In this document: positions 38,145 through 48,995 of the stretch, one piece after another
Layout: each line of letters begins with the position of its first letter
How positions within the stretch are numbered: position 1 is the first letter of the stretch
NCBI RefSeq assembly: GCF_026210795.1
Contig: NC_089433.1
Span: 4,092,001 to 4,156,000 of the forward strand
Direction of reading: 5' to 3'
DNA length: 64,000 nt
DNA from: Rhizophagus irregularis
Lineage: Eukaryota
Position numbers and translations under genes: made by a program
Notes under the pieces: generated by a model
What the model was told of the DNA's origin: nothing
Seen by the model: the letters and a program-made list of their open reading frames with translations, nothing else
Databases searched by the model: none

Positions 38145-38729
38145 TTAGGAAGCGCAGTCCTTGCACAACTTGTCCGTTAAGTCACTTGGGCTTACAGGCA
38201 TGAGACATTCCCTACACAACTCAATATTAAGCTCTGCAAGTCTCGGGGCATGGTCCTCCAAAGTTCGTGGACGACCGGAAGGACCGGAGGAAGGTGTCCC
38301 GTTAGTCGTATCCTGCTGTAAGATAAAATCATCATATTCATCTTGGTCAGCCTGAATAGCGGCCCTGATTTGTTGTATAACATTGAAAGTTAACCGCTGG
38401 CCATCAAGATTTTCCTCATTATAGTGTGTTTCATTGATGATTTCCTTTATAAGCTCCTCCTCTTCAGAATGAACAAGGTAGTAGTCCTCAACTACCTCGT
38501 AGTCACTCTCAACCAATCTATGATACGTTCTAGTACCGTGTTGAATATAGCGTCCTGTATCTGTATTTAAATATACAGGTTGTTCCTGGTGTGGAGGCGG
38601 TGCGGTTTGTCTACGGACAAGCCTTCCATCGATATAATCATGGGATTCCATAACTATTCGATTAAAGGTATCTCCACCAACACGGATTGGACGTCCGGTT
38701 ATAGGATTAGTTATATAAGGGTATGACAT
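38145..38729 (-). CDS. Protein with two NPxTGRxI repeats (2-cysteine-adaptor-like) and C-terminal C4 Zn finger
   Basis: ITNPITGRPIRVGGDTFNRI and LNTDTGRYIQHGTRTYHRL; CREC...CKDC. Confidence 0.7.
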   Translation of the reverse strand: MSYPYITNPITGRPIRVGGDTFNRIVMESHDYIDGRLVRRQTAPPPHQEQPVYLNTDTGRYIQHGTRTYHRLVESDYEVVEDYYLVHSEEEELIKEIINETHYNEENLDGQRLTFNVIQQIRAAIQADQDEYDDFILQQDTTNGTPSSGPSGRPRTLEDHAPRLAELNIELCRECLMPVSPSDLTDKLCKDCAS

Positions 38730-39078
38730 GTCTTTTTTCTGTACGTGTCTACATACCTAATTGTTATCTTCAATTTACAATAACCAAGTGACATCGTCAT
38801 CAGTCCTTGTCACAGCAAATATGGCATAGTAGCCTTTATCTTTATTAAATTTATTTAACGAACTTACAAAAATAAAATAAAATTTTCAAAGTACAAAAAA
38901 GAAAAATAAAATTAACTAAAAACAAAACTATATAGTCTCCAAAACAGTAATAAAGCTATAAAATAATTCAAAAAGAAAAATCGCATAACACTAAAACTAT
39001 CCTGATCCCCCGCCTAAATATATTTCAACCTAAGAAGAGGCAACTATGCAAACAAACCAACGAACAATGCGCCCATTA

Positions 39079-42000
39079 TTAAAATCGACACACCACCCTG
39101 CTAAAGCTGTTAGTAAGTTGCACCGTTAGACGACCCATAAAACCCGAATAGTGATTAAACCAAGGCAAACCATATTTCATCGAGTTCAATAAATAATCAA
39201 CGTCGGAGTCACGTGCGGCGTCGGAAAGGGTCGGAGGAGGTAAAGTTGAGAAAGGTAAGTACGTGGACTTTGGCAAATTTGAAGGCCGAGAAAGTTTGAG
39301 TTTATGAGTAATATTCATCGCGTCTTCCCATTTAGATTTATCATAGGAGCGCGGTAACCAAATTCGTTTTCTGATCTTCTGGATAAAGTGATTGTGGATA
39401 GCAGAAATAACCTTCATCGCAGAGTTACGTGGAATAGAAAGTTCTTCAAAAAATTCGACAAAGGATTTCGGAAGGCAGCCACAGACGAGACTATATGAAG
39501 TCCAATTTGAAGAAGAAAAGGACCAACAAGGAAGAGATTTAAATTTGTTAATAATTAAAGAGGGATCTTTCTTGACGAGATCACCAGCTTCCTGAAGTTT
39601 GTTGATAAAATGATGTTGGTAGGAGAGGAGAATCTGTTCCATAGCGATTCGTCTACATTTGCACATAAACAAGTGCATGAAATCTTCCTTGGAGTCGAGA
39701 CATGAACGACACAATAAGATGTCGATATATAAGTCCGGGCGAATTCTTTTAAGATGTTCCAAAGTAGGTAAATCTTCCAAAAAGAGTTTGAATTTGAAGG
39801 TGCGATGAGAGGAAGCATGAGCACGAGTAAAAGAAGCGTCATGCTGAGGATCCGAATTTAAAGAGAACCAGGTAAGATCCCAATCAATCACGAAATCTGA
39901 AGTAGAAGATAAAGCAATGGTAAAGTTAAACCGCGATAAATGCGTTAATCTATGCATCCACAGCATTTGCGAATATTGCTTAAATAGGCGTCGTGGGTTA
40001 GATTCGCATAAAATATCATCATATTTTAATAAGAAATCGTGAGGAGATACTTGATCCAGATCAGAAAGAAGAATCGCTGAAGAAGAGGTATGCGCAGAGT
40101 TGGCCAAAGAGTCCGCGTAGTCGTTGTAGAAATTACCAGAGTGACCTTTCACTTTGACAGCCGTGACGGACAAAAATTTTGATGAAATGAGACGTTCAAT
40201 AATAGCCCAGAGTTCAAAATTAGTGGTCTTGTAATAAAGCCTACTGTTGGAATAAGAAAAGGTAGCACATAGACGAAGACCATCTATGGCAGATTGAGAG
40301 TCAGTATGAATAGTGACCGTTGAAAAGGGAGGAGTGACTGTAAGAGCAGCATGTATAGCGGCAATTTCAGCTCTTGTAGAAGAAGGCCAATTACGAATGA
40401 TTCCATGAGCGTGAGCAGCGATAGATTGGAAAAAACCAGCGCCATCGAGAACTTGAACCCAAGACCAACCCATAGAAACATCAGGAGTGCCAAGGTTAAT
40501 TAAAGAACCATCGGTATAAAAACAATAATGATTATCAGGAGGAGTCACTAACGGTGAGGCAGCAAAAGCAAGAGGAGCAACCGGACCCAAAAAGGAAGAA
40601 GGAGAAGGAGAAGGAAGAGTAACCACATCTTCAAGTGAAAAATTAGGTTGAACGTCCAAACGACCATAATAGGATCTTACAGATTCGTCAAGGTCCGCCC
40701 AAGTAAAAGGAGAAGTAATAGTGGTGGTGTCATGTCTAATACGCTCCTGCGTGGTTGGGAGAATTAAAGATCTAAGAGGAGAAAGTTTTGGGATGATACA
40801 TAGAGGAGTAACATCTGTTGGATTGCTTTTAGTATGGGTAACCGGTACATGTTTAGAACAACCAGGACAAGGAGTGAGCGTGATAACATCATTAGGTCGA
40901 GTCACACAATCAGAGGTCCAATGGACAATCTTGCAGGAATATTGTTGTTTACTAAGTTGTTTTCCAAAAAGAGGAGAGCCATCTTCATCCAAAGTCACGA
41001 TCCATTTCATGGATTTTCTAGAGGAACCAAAAGCTGGAACCAAGTCAATGTTTGAAGGAATAGCATCGGAAGAGAATTGATCCAAGAGTAGAGAATTGGA
41101 ATTTGGGACAGTGACACATTGGTGAATGTCGCTGAACCATTTGTGCGGGAGGACTCGATGACCTTTCCTACTTGATAAATTGGACAAATAAACATTCCAA
41201 GTGATCATATGGGTTCCATGAGGCGTAATAAATTGAGATAGGTAATAGAGTTGCAAACATCTTAGACGTCGGAAGTAAGATATAAAAATTTTTGGAGTCA
41301 TCACTTCAAATAAAGGCGTATGACCGTTGGATATGGTGAGGTCAGACAAGGTTGACAGTCGAGAACGTGACAACTTGAAAGGAGTGGTGGTCAGGAGAGC
41401 AATAGTGCAAGCGATATAATCCTGTTTAAAAGCAAAAAGTTTAGACCATATAGTCCAATCTTTAACTAACAAAGGGGAAATAGGAATCAAAAAGGAAAAT
41501 TGAATTAAACGTAATCTATATAAAAACAAAATTTTCATAAAGGAAGAAGAAGAATTAGCTAACAAAAATAGATTAGTTAAATGTGTTTGTGATTGGTGAA
41601 AAAATAAATTAATCAATCCCAAGCCTTGAGATAAAAATAAAATGGAATCCGGGAGTACACGTGAAAAATTGGCCTTGTGTTTAACCAAGGAACGGATACT
41701 GCTGGTTGCCGAGGCACATTCAGATTCAGACAGGTGAGTGACTTGCATGCGATATTCCAATTTCGGAATAAGGACGGTGTTGTGTAAATAAACTACTTGT
41801 TTAGCAGATAGTTTGGCAGGGCGAACGGTGGCAGCGAAAGAGTTACATTCTCTAGCAACTTGATTTCTGACAAAATCGCGAGATCTGGCGACATTGAACC
41901 AGACGCCCAAGAAGCGGAAGGAGCTATTCATGGAAATGGGCACAATAGAAATGGAAGGAACTTCGTTCAATCCAGATAATTGCAAGTCAAACACTACTGG

Positions 42001-44700
42001 AGAAGGCGAGGAAACTGAAGAGGAAGGCAACGAGTTAGTAATTAAAACATATTTGTTGTGATTAGCGGAAGTATTATTGATTTGATAAAATTCTTCCGTA
42101 ATAGAGAGCATCGATTCCATTCCAGATTTGGATGATGATATTAAAGTGGAATCATCCATAAAGACCAAGTTGTTGATTCGTAATCCATCTGAACTTGTCG
42201 CAGCCAAGGGATTAGATAAAGAAGGAGCATGAAGTATATATGGATCCATCATTTCATTCTTAAGAACAGTCAATAAAGGGTCTATATATATAACCCATAG
42301 TAAAGGAGAGATAACTTCGCCTTGATCTATACCAATACGAACGCGGTAAGGAGGTGTAATTCCATGAGCAGTAAAAACGCAATTAGAGCGTTTCATGAAA
42401 AAGGATAAAATAAACTTGGTGGCAGAAGCAGGAAGTTTAATGCGTTCTAAAGCAAAACGCAACATCTTGAGATCAACCGAGTCGAAAGCCTTCGAAATAT
42501 CTTGTGAAAGGATCCAAAGCGGCGATTTGTTGACTTGAGCATCATGAATAATAGATTCCAGGACGACAATAGGGTCGCGACAGGAACCACCAGGGAGACC
42601 GGCGAAGTTTCCTCCTTTGAGAACTTCATTCGAAGCCAAAATGGAGGCGAGACGATTATAAAAGAGCTTGACCAAAGATTTTCTAATTACTTCAAGTAAA
42701 GTAATAGGTCTTGTATTTTTGAGTTGACATTTCCATTCGTGAGGTTTAGGGATAGGGAAAACCATAGCTTGACGCCATAAATCAGGAATATCTGCAATGC
42801 GGAAGCATGATTGGACCAGGATTAGGACTAAAGCAGAAGTATTGGAACCTAGATGTTTAAGCATCTCATAAGTAATCATAGAGGGACCAGGAGCTTTGTC
42901 GTTAGGCATAGAAGAGACCGTAGACAACCATTCTTTAAGAGTAGGAGGATCCAATAGAGAATTATAAATAGAAGAATCTACATCGTCCATAGGGCGATAA
43001 GCAGAAGACCATCTTTCCGGAAGAGCGGAAATGTTATCAGGAGGAGATGATTTAATAGGGACGGAGTTCTGGAAGTGGTTGATGACAGCGTCATCAATAT
43101 CATGTGGGTCCGTTAAAAGTTTTGGCTGTGTGGGATGGTCAATAAAGACACGATCTAAAGTAATACGGCGTCGAGTCCGTGAGAGAGCAGAATTAATGAA
43201 TGAGGAAATATCTGTTTCAAAATTGTTGTCCCTATCAGCCAATTTGGCACGAATGGAAGAATCTTGAAAGTCTTTTTCTTTGAGAAGAAGGAGGCCATAA
43301 AGGGCACTAGAAATAGTCTTTAAGGAATCTAATAAAGAACTAAAATCGTCTTGCCTACATGTGGATAAAGAAGTAGGTAAAGTAGGGGGAGAGGGAAAAA
43401 TCTTCTTATAAAGATGAAGAATTTTTTGAAGTCGAATAAAATGAGTGGACCAAGTACGTTCATATCTATTATAATACGTGAAAGGATATTTTCGCAATAA
43501 GCGTATCGAATGCAAAAGTCGGCTAAGGAAACGATAGTGTTGAGTTAAGGCTTCCAAATCCTTGGGCACCGTAGGCGTGTGTTGATTTCCAACAAGAACA
43601 GACGGAAGGGAGGCATTAGCAGCTTTCACAATACGCGAATGTAAATATTCGCATTGTTGATTGATGTGCCATGTTGAGAAGGTTGAAGGGAGAACGTCGC
43701 ATAGGGAGTCAGTGTGAGTAGAAAAAGATTCCCATTGTTGAGTAGTGACTGAATCAAATTTGAATATTCGGCGAGTTCGACGTTGAAGTTGTTTGGCACG
43801 AGCAACCTTGATGGACGCAACCAAAAGTGAATCGTCAAAGTACGTGATGATAGGATTATGGTCAGAAGAGCAGGTATCTTGGGCGTCAAATATGTAAGAA
43901 GTAAGAGCAAAGCCTTTAAGCATGGGGCAAGACCACACATAGTCTATACGAGTGACTTGATCATCACGGTGAAAGGTGCCTAAGGAATCAGAAGCGTTAA
44001 CAGGAATGGTTTCTTCATAGCCATGTGATAAAAGATGATGTAACAAACGATAAGCTCGTTGAAAAGCAATAGCAGGGCGATTAAAATAAATAGGGTAATA
44101 AGTGTCAAGGTGCATATTAAAATCACCACAAATGGCGTGATAAAAATTTTGTTGTTTGGTTTGCACCAGAAGTTGTAAAAGAAGGTCAATAGTTTCCGAT
44201 CGTAATTTAGAATCAGAAATAGGGGGAATGTATATTACAAAAATGCGAAATTTAACGTTGCCTTTAAAATAAAGATCAACAGATAAAATACGCGAGGAAT
44301 GTGAAATAAAATCTTGTACATGAGAAGCAAGGGATTTTTCAATAAAAAGGGAAACGCCACCAGTAGATTTGACTTGTTTAGTTTTATCTATGTCAGAGGA
44401 AAAGACAGTATAATTAGGAAGGCGTTTAGATAAAAAATGGATTTGTTTGGGGGATAAATGGGTATCTACGATACCACCAAATGAAATATGTTTAAGATTG
44501 AAAAAGTTTGAAATCTGTTCCATTTTAACTTGACTATTTTGGCGAAGACCATTAACATTAAAGGATGAAATAGTAAAAGAATTGGGGATAGGGGATAAAT
44601 TCGAAGTAGTAAATAAAGATTCATGTTCAGAAAAATTAAAAATATCTTCAGAGTTGGGCGGGTTTCGAACAAACGTATCATAATCAAAATTGTCAGTCAT
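39079..44700 (-). CDS. LINE ORF2: APE endonuclease, reverse transcriptase, RNase H, CCHC
   Basis: SFNVNG, GDFN, RIDY, SDHNP; KAPGP, RPITLL, DISKAFD, QGEVISP, FMDD, FLG; YTDGS, RAEI, TDSQ, KVKGH, ADSLA; CRSC..H..C; 1873 aa uninterrupted. Confidence 0.95.
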   Translation of the reverse strand: MTDNFDYDTFVRNPPNSEDIFNFSEHESLFTTSNLSPIPNSFTISSFNVNGLRQNSQVKMEQISNFFNLKHISFGGIVDTHLSPKQIHFLSKRLPNYTVFSSDIDKTKQVKSTGGVSLFIEKSLASHVQDFISHSSRILSVDLYFKGNVKFRIFVIYIPPISDSKLRSETIDLLLQLLVQTKQQNFYHAICGDFNMHLDTYYPIYFNRPAIAFQRAYRLLHHLLSHGYEETIPVNASDSLGTFHRDDQVTRIDYVWSCPMLKGFALTSYIFDAQDTCSSDHNPIITYFDDSLLVASIKVARAKQLQRRTRRIFKFDSVTTQQWESFSTHTDSLCDVLPSTFSTWHINQQCEYLHSRIVKAANASLPSVLVGNQHTPTVPKDLEALTQHYRFLSRLLHSIRLLRKYPFTYYNRYERTWSTHFIRLQKILHLYKKIFPSPPTLPTSLSTCRQDDFSSLLDSLKTISSALYGLLLLKEKDFQDSSIRAKLADRDNNFETDISSFINSALSRTRRRITLDRVFIDHPTQPKLLTDPHDIDDAVINHFQNSVPIKSSPPDNISALPERWSSAYRPMDDVDSSIYNSLLDPPTLKEWLSTVSSMPNDKAPGPSMITYEMLKHLGSNTSALVLILVQSCFRIADIPDLWRQAMVFPIPKPHEWKCQLKNTRPITLLEVIRKSLVKLFYNRLASILASNEVLKGGNFAGLPGGSCRDPIVVLESIIHDAQVNKSPLWILSQDISKAFDSVDLKMLRFALERIKLPASATKFILSFFMKRSNCVFTAHGITPPYRVRIGIDQGEVISPLLWVIYIDPLLTVLKNEMMDPYILHAPSLSNPLAATSSDGLRINNLVFMDDSTLISSSKSGMESMLSITEEFYQINNTSANHNKYVLITNSLPSSSVSSPSPVVFDLQLSGLNEVPSISIVPISMNSSFRFLGVWFNVARSRDFVRNQVARECNSFAATVRPAKLSAKQVVYLHNTVLIPKLEYRMQVTHLSESECASATSSIRSLVKHKANFSRVLPDSILFLSQGLGLINLFFHQSQTHLTNLFLLANSSSSFMKILFLYRLRLIQFSFLIPISPLLVKDWTIWSKLFAFKQDYIACTIALLTTTPFKLSRSRLSTLSDLTISNGHTPLFEVMTPKIFISYFRRLRCLQLYYLSQFITPHGTHMITWNVYLSNLSSRKGHRVLPHKWFSDIHQCVTVPNSNSLLLDQFSSDAIPSNIDLVPAFGSSRKSMKWIVTLDEDGSPLFGKQLSKQQYSCKIVHWTSDCVTRPNDVITLTPCPGCSKHVPVTHTKSNPTDVTPLCIIPKLSPLRSLILPTTQERIRHDTTTITSPFTWADLDESVRSYYGRLDVQPNFSLEDVVTLPSPSPSSFLGPVAPLAFAASPLVTPPDNHYCFYTDGSLINLGTPDVSMGWSWVQVLDGAGFFQSIAAHAHGIIRNWPSSTRAEIAAIHAALTVTPPFSTVTIHTDSQSAIDGLRLCATFSYSNSRLYYKTTNFELWAIIERLISSKFLSVTAVKVKGHSGNFYNDYADSLANSAHTSSSAILLSDLDQVSPHDFLLKYDDILCESNPRRLFKQYSQMLWMHRLTHLSRFNFTIALSSTSDFVIDWDLTWFSLNSDPQHDASFTRAHASSHRTFKFKLFLEDLPTLEHLKRIRPDLYIDILLCRSCLDSKEDFMHLFMCKCRRIAMEQILLSYQHHFINKLQEAGDLVKKDPSLIINKFKSLPCWSFSSSNWTSYSLVCGCLPKSFVEFFEELSIPRNSAMKVISAIHNHFIQKIRKRIWLPRSYDKSKWEDAMNITHKLKLSRPSNLPKSTYLPFSTLPPPTLSDAARDSDVDYLLNSMKYGLPWFNHYSGFMGRLTVQLTNSFSRVVCRF

Positions 44701-44747
44701 TAGGACACAATGATAATTATAAACGGGGAGGAGAATTAAGAAGTCAA

Positions 44748-46878
44748 TTATTGCGAAGGAGCAGAAGCTCGATCGGAGGGAGAACCACCAAGAGAAGCAA
44801 TAAAACCTTGAATGGAACCAGTGAGCGATTGTAGAGTATCTTTAATCGCTTTTTGATCTTGGATAACCGAGTTCAATTCGTCTTGCGGGGAAGGGGTATA
44901 AGTGGATGTGAGAGCTGAGTGCGGAACAATGGTAGGTGCAGATTTGGGGGGAGTGGATTTCTTAGGACCAGAAGACAAAGGAGCATTAGGATGTGGGATT
45001 AAGGTACCAGTAATTTCAGGAGGGTCTTCTTCCATCCGATCAGGTTCAGAATTGACAACAGGAGCGGAAGGAGGATTGATGCCTAAATGGGCTTCAATAG
45101 CAGATAGCCGTTGATTGTTAAGTTCAAGATGGGAGATGCGGGATTCCACACGAGCAACATCTTGTTGAAGGGTTTGCAATACGTTAAGTATCTTAAGGGC
45201 AGCCTCAAGAGCATTAGAAGAATTCGGATCCGAGAGCGGAGCACGAGCATTGGACGAAAAAGAAACAGATCTATCTTTGCCTTTTCGATTATTGGAAGGC
45301 GTGCGTCCATAAGCAGTTGAGGAGGAGTTAACAGGACCAGAGGAGGAGGGTATAGTATTGTTAGAGTTATTATTATTATTATTAGGGCGGTTAGAGTGTG
45401 AATTCGGACGTTGAGCAGAGGCAGAACGATCTCGAGATTTAGAGCGAGAGCGAGACCTAGAATTATTACGTGGAGATCTTTGTTGAGCAGGTCTTTGGCC
45501 AATATTAAAACGGTCTTTAAGGGCGGCAACAGGATCACGTGTACGTGAGCGTCCACGACGTAGATTGAGCGGGCAAGAGGTAGGAGCACAGCCGAGTTTA
45601 CCACATCGGTGGCAAAGAGCTTTTGAATCGTTGGAAGAACCCCACCGAAGAGTACGACCTTGGAATCCGATTGTTTGTTCCATAGCGGCATCCATTGTCG
45701 CTTGTGAATTGAAGGTAACATAAGCCCATGGTTTAGGTTTATATGAGTTTAAGGAAAGAGGAATATTAATAGCTTTGGCTCCATGTTCTTTAACTAATGG
45801 AGCGAGATGGATATCTTTAGTGTTAGCAGGGAGTCCAGAAAGGACAGCAACAAATTCACGACGAGCAGCTTTTTGATCCACAGAATAGTGACAGGGAGTA
45901 ACACGCAAACAAGTGGAGAAACAATAGACTGCCCATTGGGTGGTGAAACGGGCGATGGCATCGGCATGATCATAGACGATGCGGGCTTGTTGCATCTTAG
46001 CACCTTTCCTTGAATAGAGATGGAGGGAGAGCAAATTGCCAAATTTTTTAAAGTAGGATTGTAGTTGAGGTTTCGTGATGAAGAACGGTATATCGGTGAC
46101 TTGGATAGCTCGGAGATCTTCATCAGATCGGAGCTGTTTGGGATCGTACAAGTGGAATTGAAGGTCCAGAAATTCAGAGTGCGTACTACCAACACACAAG
46201 TCACGAGCCTCCGCAGTGTGAAAATGAATGATAAGACGTTTAGCGTCCCCTGAACCAGTCATACGAGCTCGACCGGTATATGATTCATAAGTTTCTAAGA
46301 ATAGATTATTAACGGCATCAATGATTGCCTTATTAGTTTTAAGTTTCTCAAGAGTTTGGGGAGCGGAGTTGGGCGCAGCCGCAGCCAGAAAATCCTGACG
46401 ATTAATGGTAATGGTGGGGAGGGATCGACAGCCTGATCGGGCGATGTACCATCATTTACGTCCATATTAAGGGACGCGTTAGGGATGAGTTATTTTCTTT
46501 GTTTCTTGGTGCATGAATAGACGCGTTAGCTCCAGAGGACGCGTCTTGGCCAGGCGCAGTGGGCGCAGCAGAATTAATCAGGGCAGATGCTTGAGTATTT
46601 TCTAGGGGAGTGCTGCGGGAATTATTTTGTTGAGGAATAGCGGTCGAAGTTGAACCAACTAATCCACCGTCAGCCAGCGCGTCGGCAACGAAATCTTCAT
46701 AGTCTTCATCCATGGAGTCTTTTGTAATGATACGGGAACGTTTTTGGGAAGTGTTATCACTATTGGAACCAGAGTTGTCAGAGAGTTGTTTTTTATTATT
46801 TTTCTTTTCTTGACGAGCAGCCTTATTACTATTAGGATTAAAGCTGCCGCCACCTCTTTTAGCAAAGTTTCTAGACAT
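44748..46878 (-). CDS. LINE ORF1 (RRM-like domains, Cys knuckle, coiled coil), two single-base shifts near 5' end
   Basis: IQVTDIPF..YFKKFG, WAYVTF, CHRCGKLGC..C; joins ATG 46878 if one base is added to the G runs at 46482-46484 and 46416-46419. Confidence 0.8.
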
Positions 46879-47364
46879 GTTAAAAGGTATGAGTTGGGTA
46901 AAATATAAGAGTTGTTAGTACATCAGTCCTTGTCACGAAACACGAGGATACCTGATGATGAGGTTACATGGTCATCAGTCCTTGTCACAAAACACGAGGA
47001 TACCTGATGAATAAGTTATTGGATTATTGGCCTAAAAAGCATTCATGGAAAAACCGTGGAATTTTTTACAGTACAGTGTATAAAAAAAGTGCTAAACTTT
47101 GAGATCGGGACACGATGTCTCGATCTAATAATTTCGATGTCATGTGACTTCATGCGGGTACGTAGATCATTTCCTTATTGGGCGATACCCGTTCCACAAA
47201 AAATCGATTTTGGTAAAAATGCGTTTGGAATCTTGTGTAACATAAATTTCCCTTTTCGGTAATTCGGGATTACGCGGTAATGCCGGCCGGATCTAAATAA
47301 TATGACTCTGCAGGGTAATTCCTACGAAAGTCAAGTACAAAATGCTTACTTCTGTTGAGTCCAT

Positions 47365-47757
47365 TCATACCACTCCCAGTCCCCAAGGATCGCCTCCCCA
47401 TCTATGTTCACTTAATGCATGCTCTATGGTTTCCCTCTCTTGGGGGTCCACGACCATCCCATTCCTAAGCATTTTCTCCATAATATAAAGCTGATCCTCG
47501 GTGAGGCGGTCTATCCATCTTTTATAGAAGTCGTTTACATCTTCAAATGTTATCCAGTCAACATTCCCTTTTTCGAATGGCTTTCCAAGAGCTCGGACAT
47601 ACCCGATCATAGTGGCATAATTTTTCCACCTCTTATATGCCTCTTGACGAACTTCCTGCCACCACACTCTATCTACCTTACTCACTGCAATAAGGTCAGT
47701 ATCCGGGATCTTTGCGACAATGCGTTTGACTATTTCTACTGGTAATCGGTCCAACAT
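47365..47757 (-). CDS. F-box protein
   Basis: MLDRLPVEIVKRIVAKIPDTDLIAVSKVDRVW matches the F-box consensus LPxEIxxxI...L..VS.V.+.W. Confidence 0.8.
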   Translation of the reverse strand: MLDRLPVEIVKRIVAKIPDTDLIAVSKVDRVWWQEVRQEAYKRWKNYATMIGYVRALGKPFEKGNVDWITFEDVNDFYKRWIDRLTEDQLYIMEKMLRNGMVVDPQERETIEHALSEHRWGGDPWGLGVV

Positions 47758-47866
47758 GATGTTATGTTACTTATACTATAGCTATCTTCAATTACTGTAT
47801 GCCTATTACACATGGATAAAAAATATAGACTAAATTCGTACAGGATCGTAGGATCACAGGAGCCGC

Positions 47867-48328
47867 TTATGCAAGAAGTTCTGTTAAGGTTTTCTCAGCC
47901 TCGTTTTTAGTAATAGCTCGCTTTGGAGTACCGGTTGATGAGTCCTTAGTCGCATTATAATACAATTCGAAGAGGGCCTCAAGCTTATCTAGGAGAGCTT
48001 GTTTATTCTTGTATGATTCGCGGATTTTTGCTATCTTAGCAGTATATGCCGCATTATCTGGGAAGAGTTTTCTGGCCACGAACTTCACATATGATACAGG
48101 AGAATTTGCCGTCTGGATTCGCTTGATATACTTCACGTGGTCCTGGACGAGGTAACTGGTTTTGCTAAACCCAGATACTAATGCGACTACTATAGTATCT
48201 TTTAATGCGCGGATAATCTTGGGGACAGTTTCGTCAGAGACAACATTAGGCTGAATGCGCGATGCCTCGTAAATAACCTCCTCACTAGTGCTGTTAACAA
48301 TGCTTGCGAATTCGGTATATGTTGACAT
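47867..48328 (-). CDS. Hypothetical protein (element ORF)
   Basis: 153-aa ATG ORF preceded by AACTGAAGAT and followed by a T6 tract. Confidence 0.7.
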   Translation of the reverse strand: MSTYTEFASIVNSTSEEVIYEASRIQPNVVSDETVPKIIRALKDTIVVALVSGFSKTSYLVQDHVKYIKRIQTANSPVSYVKFVARKLFPDNAAYTAKIAKIRESYKNKQALLDKLEALFELYYNATKDSSTGTPKRAITKNEAEKTLTELLA

Positions 48329-48410
48329 GATTCTTTGTACTTTGTAATAAATATGAATCTTCAGTTACCTGTTCATTAAAACGAGAAAAAATAAATATGA
48401 ACCTCGGGGT

Positions 48411-48902
48411 TTACACTTGGGATACTGCAAGGCGGTAGAAGCGTTGCTCGGCCTTTTGCATCAATGGAGAGCCTGGTCTATACAACCAGGGGATAGCGAC
48501 TTTCTGGATAATCCTAGCCGCTTTATTGTTCCTTCTTTCTATATATCTCCTAAAGGCATTCTGGATCATTTCAGCATGATGAGTATAATAGTCGAAATTA
48601 AAATGCTTTGGGCAACTATATAAATGTAGTCGTACCGCTTGATCCATAGAAGCGTTGGCTTCCCATCCGCGATCAATAAAATATTTACAGTAGGTACAGT
48701 ACCACCTATTTGGTAGTCGTGATACTATTCTCCTAATGTGCACAATATAAGCATATACAGCTTGACGAGACCTTGGATAAGGTGGCCGCTTATAACCTAT
48801 TCTACTACAAGTATCATAATATTGCACAGCATTCTGAATGCGCCTAGCCCACGTGTGGAAACTTTCATCGTCTTGTCTACCTAATCCGTCAGTGTTTTGC
48901 AT
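48411..48902 (-). CDS. IQ-motif protein with possible Zn finger
   Basis: AEMIQNAFRRY and AARIIQKVAIPWLYRPG; CTYC...H...C; start at 48902 inferred from the upstream AATTGAATAA (alternative ATG 48932). Confidence 0.65.
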   Translation of the reverse strand: MQNTDGLGRQDDESFHTWARRIQNAVQYYDTCSRIGYKRPPYPRSRQAVYAYIVHIRRIVSRLPNRWYCTYCKYFIDRGWEANASMDQAVRLHLYSCPKHFNFDYYTHHAEMIQNAFRRYIERRNNKAARIIQKVAIPWLYRPGSPLMQKAEQRFYRLAVSQV

Positions 48903-48995
48903 TTGGGTATCTCGTAAGATTACATATCCCATAGGTTTATTCAATTATGCCATCACGGTATGTCAGTAAAAAATACACATACCGGTCCCTAGCAA

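Larger units (their letters stand above)
38814..46920 (-). mobile_element. Non-LTR retrotransposon (LINE) nested in the large element
   Basis: 16-bp TSD CATCAGTCCTTGTCAC at 38798-38813 and 46921-46936; ORF1 plus ORF2. Confidence 0.92.

Noticed and set aside
39079..44700. LINE RT as the large element's own replicase and partner of its Gag
   Set aside because: It is bounded by its own 16-bp TSD and has its own ORF1 and endonuclease, so it is a secondary insertion
46921..47012. Hammerhead ribozyme (CTGATGA and GAAAC present)
   Set aside because: I could not build stems I-III with a cleavage triplet; CTGATGA is explained as the partner of TCATCAG, and the second copy lacks GAAA
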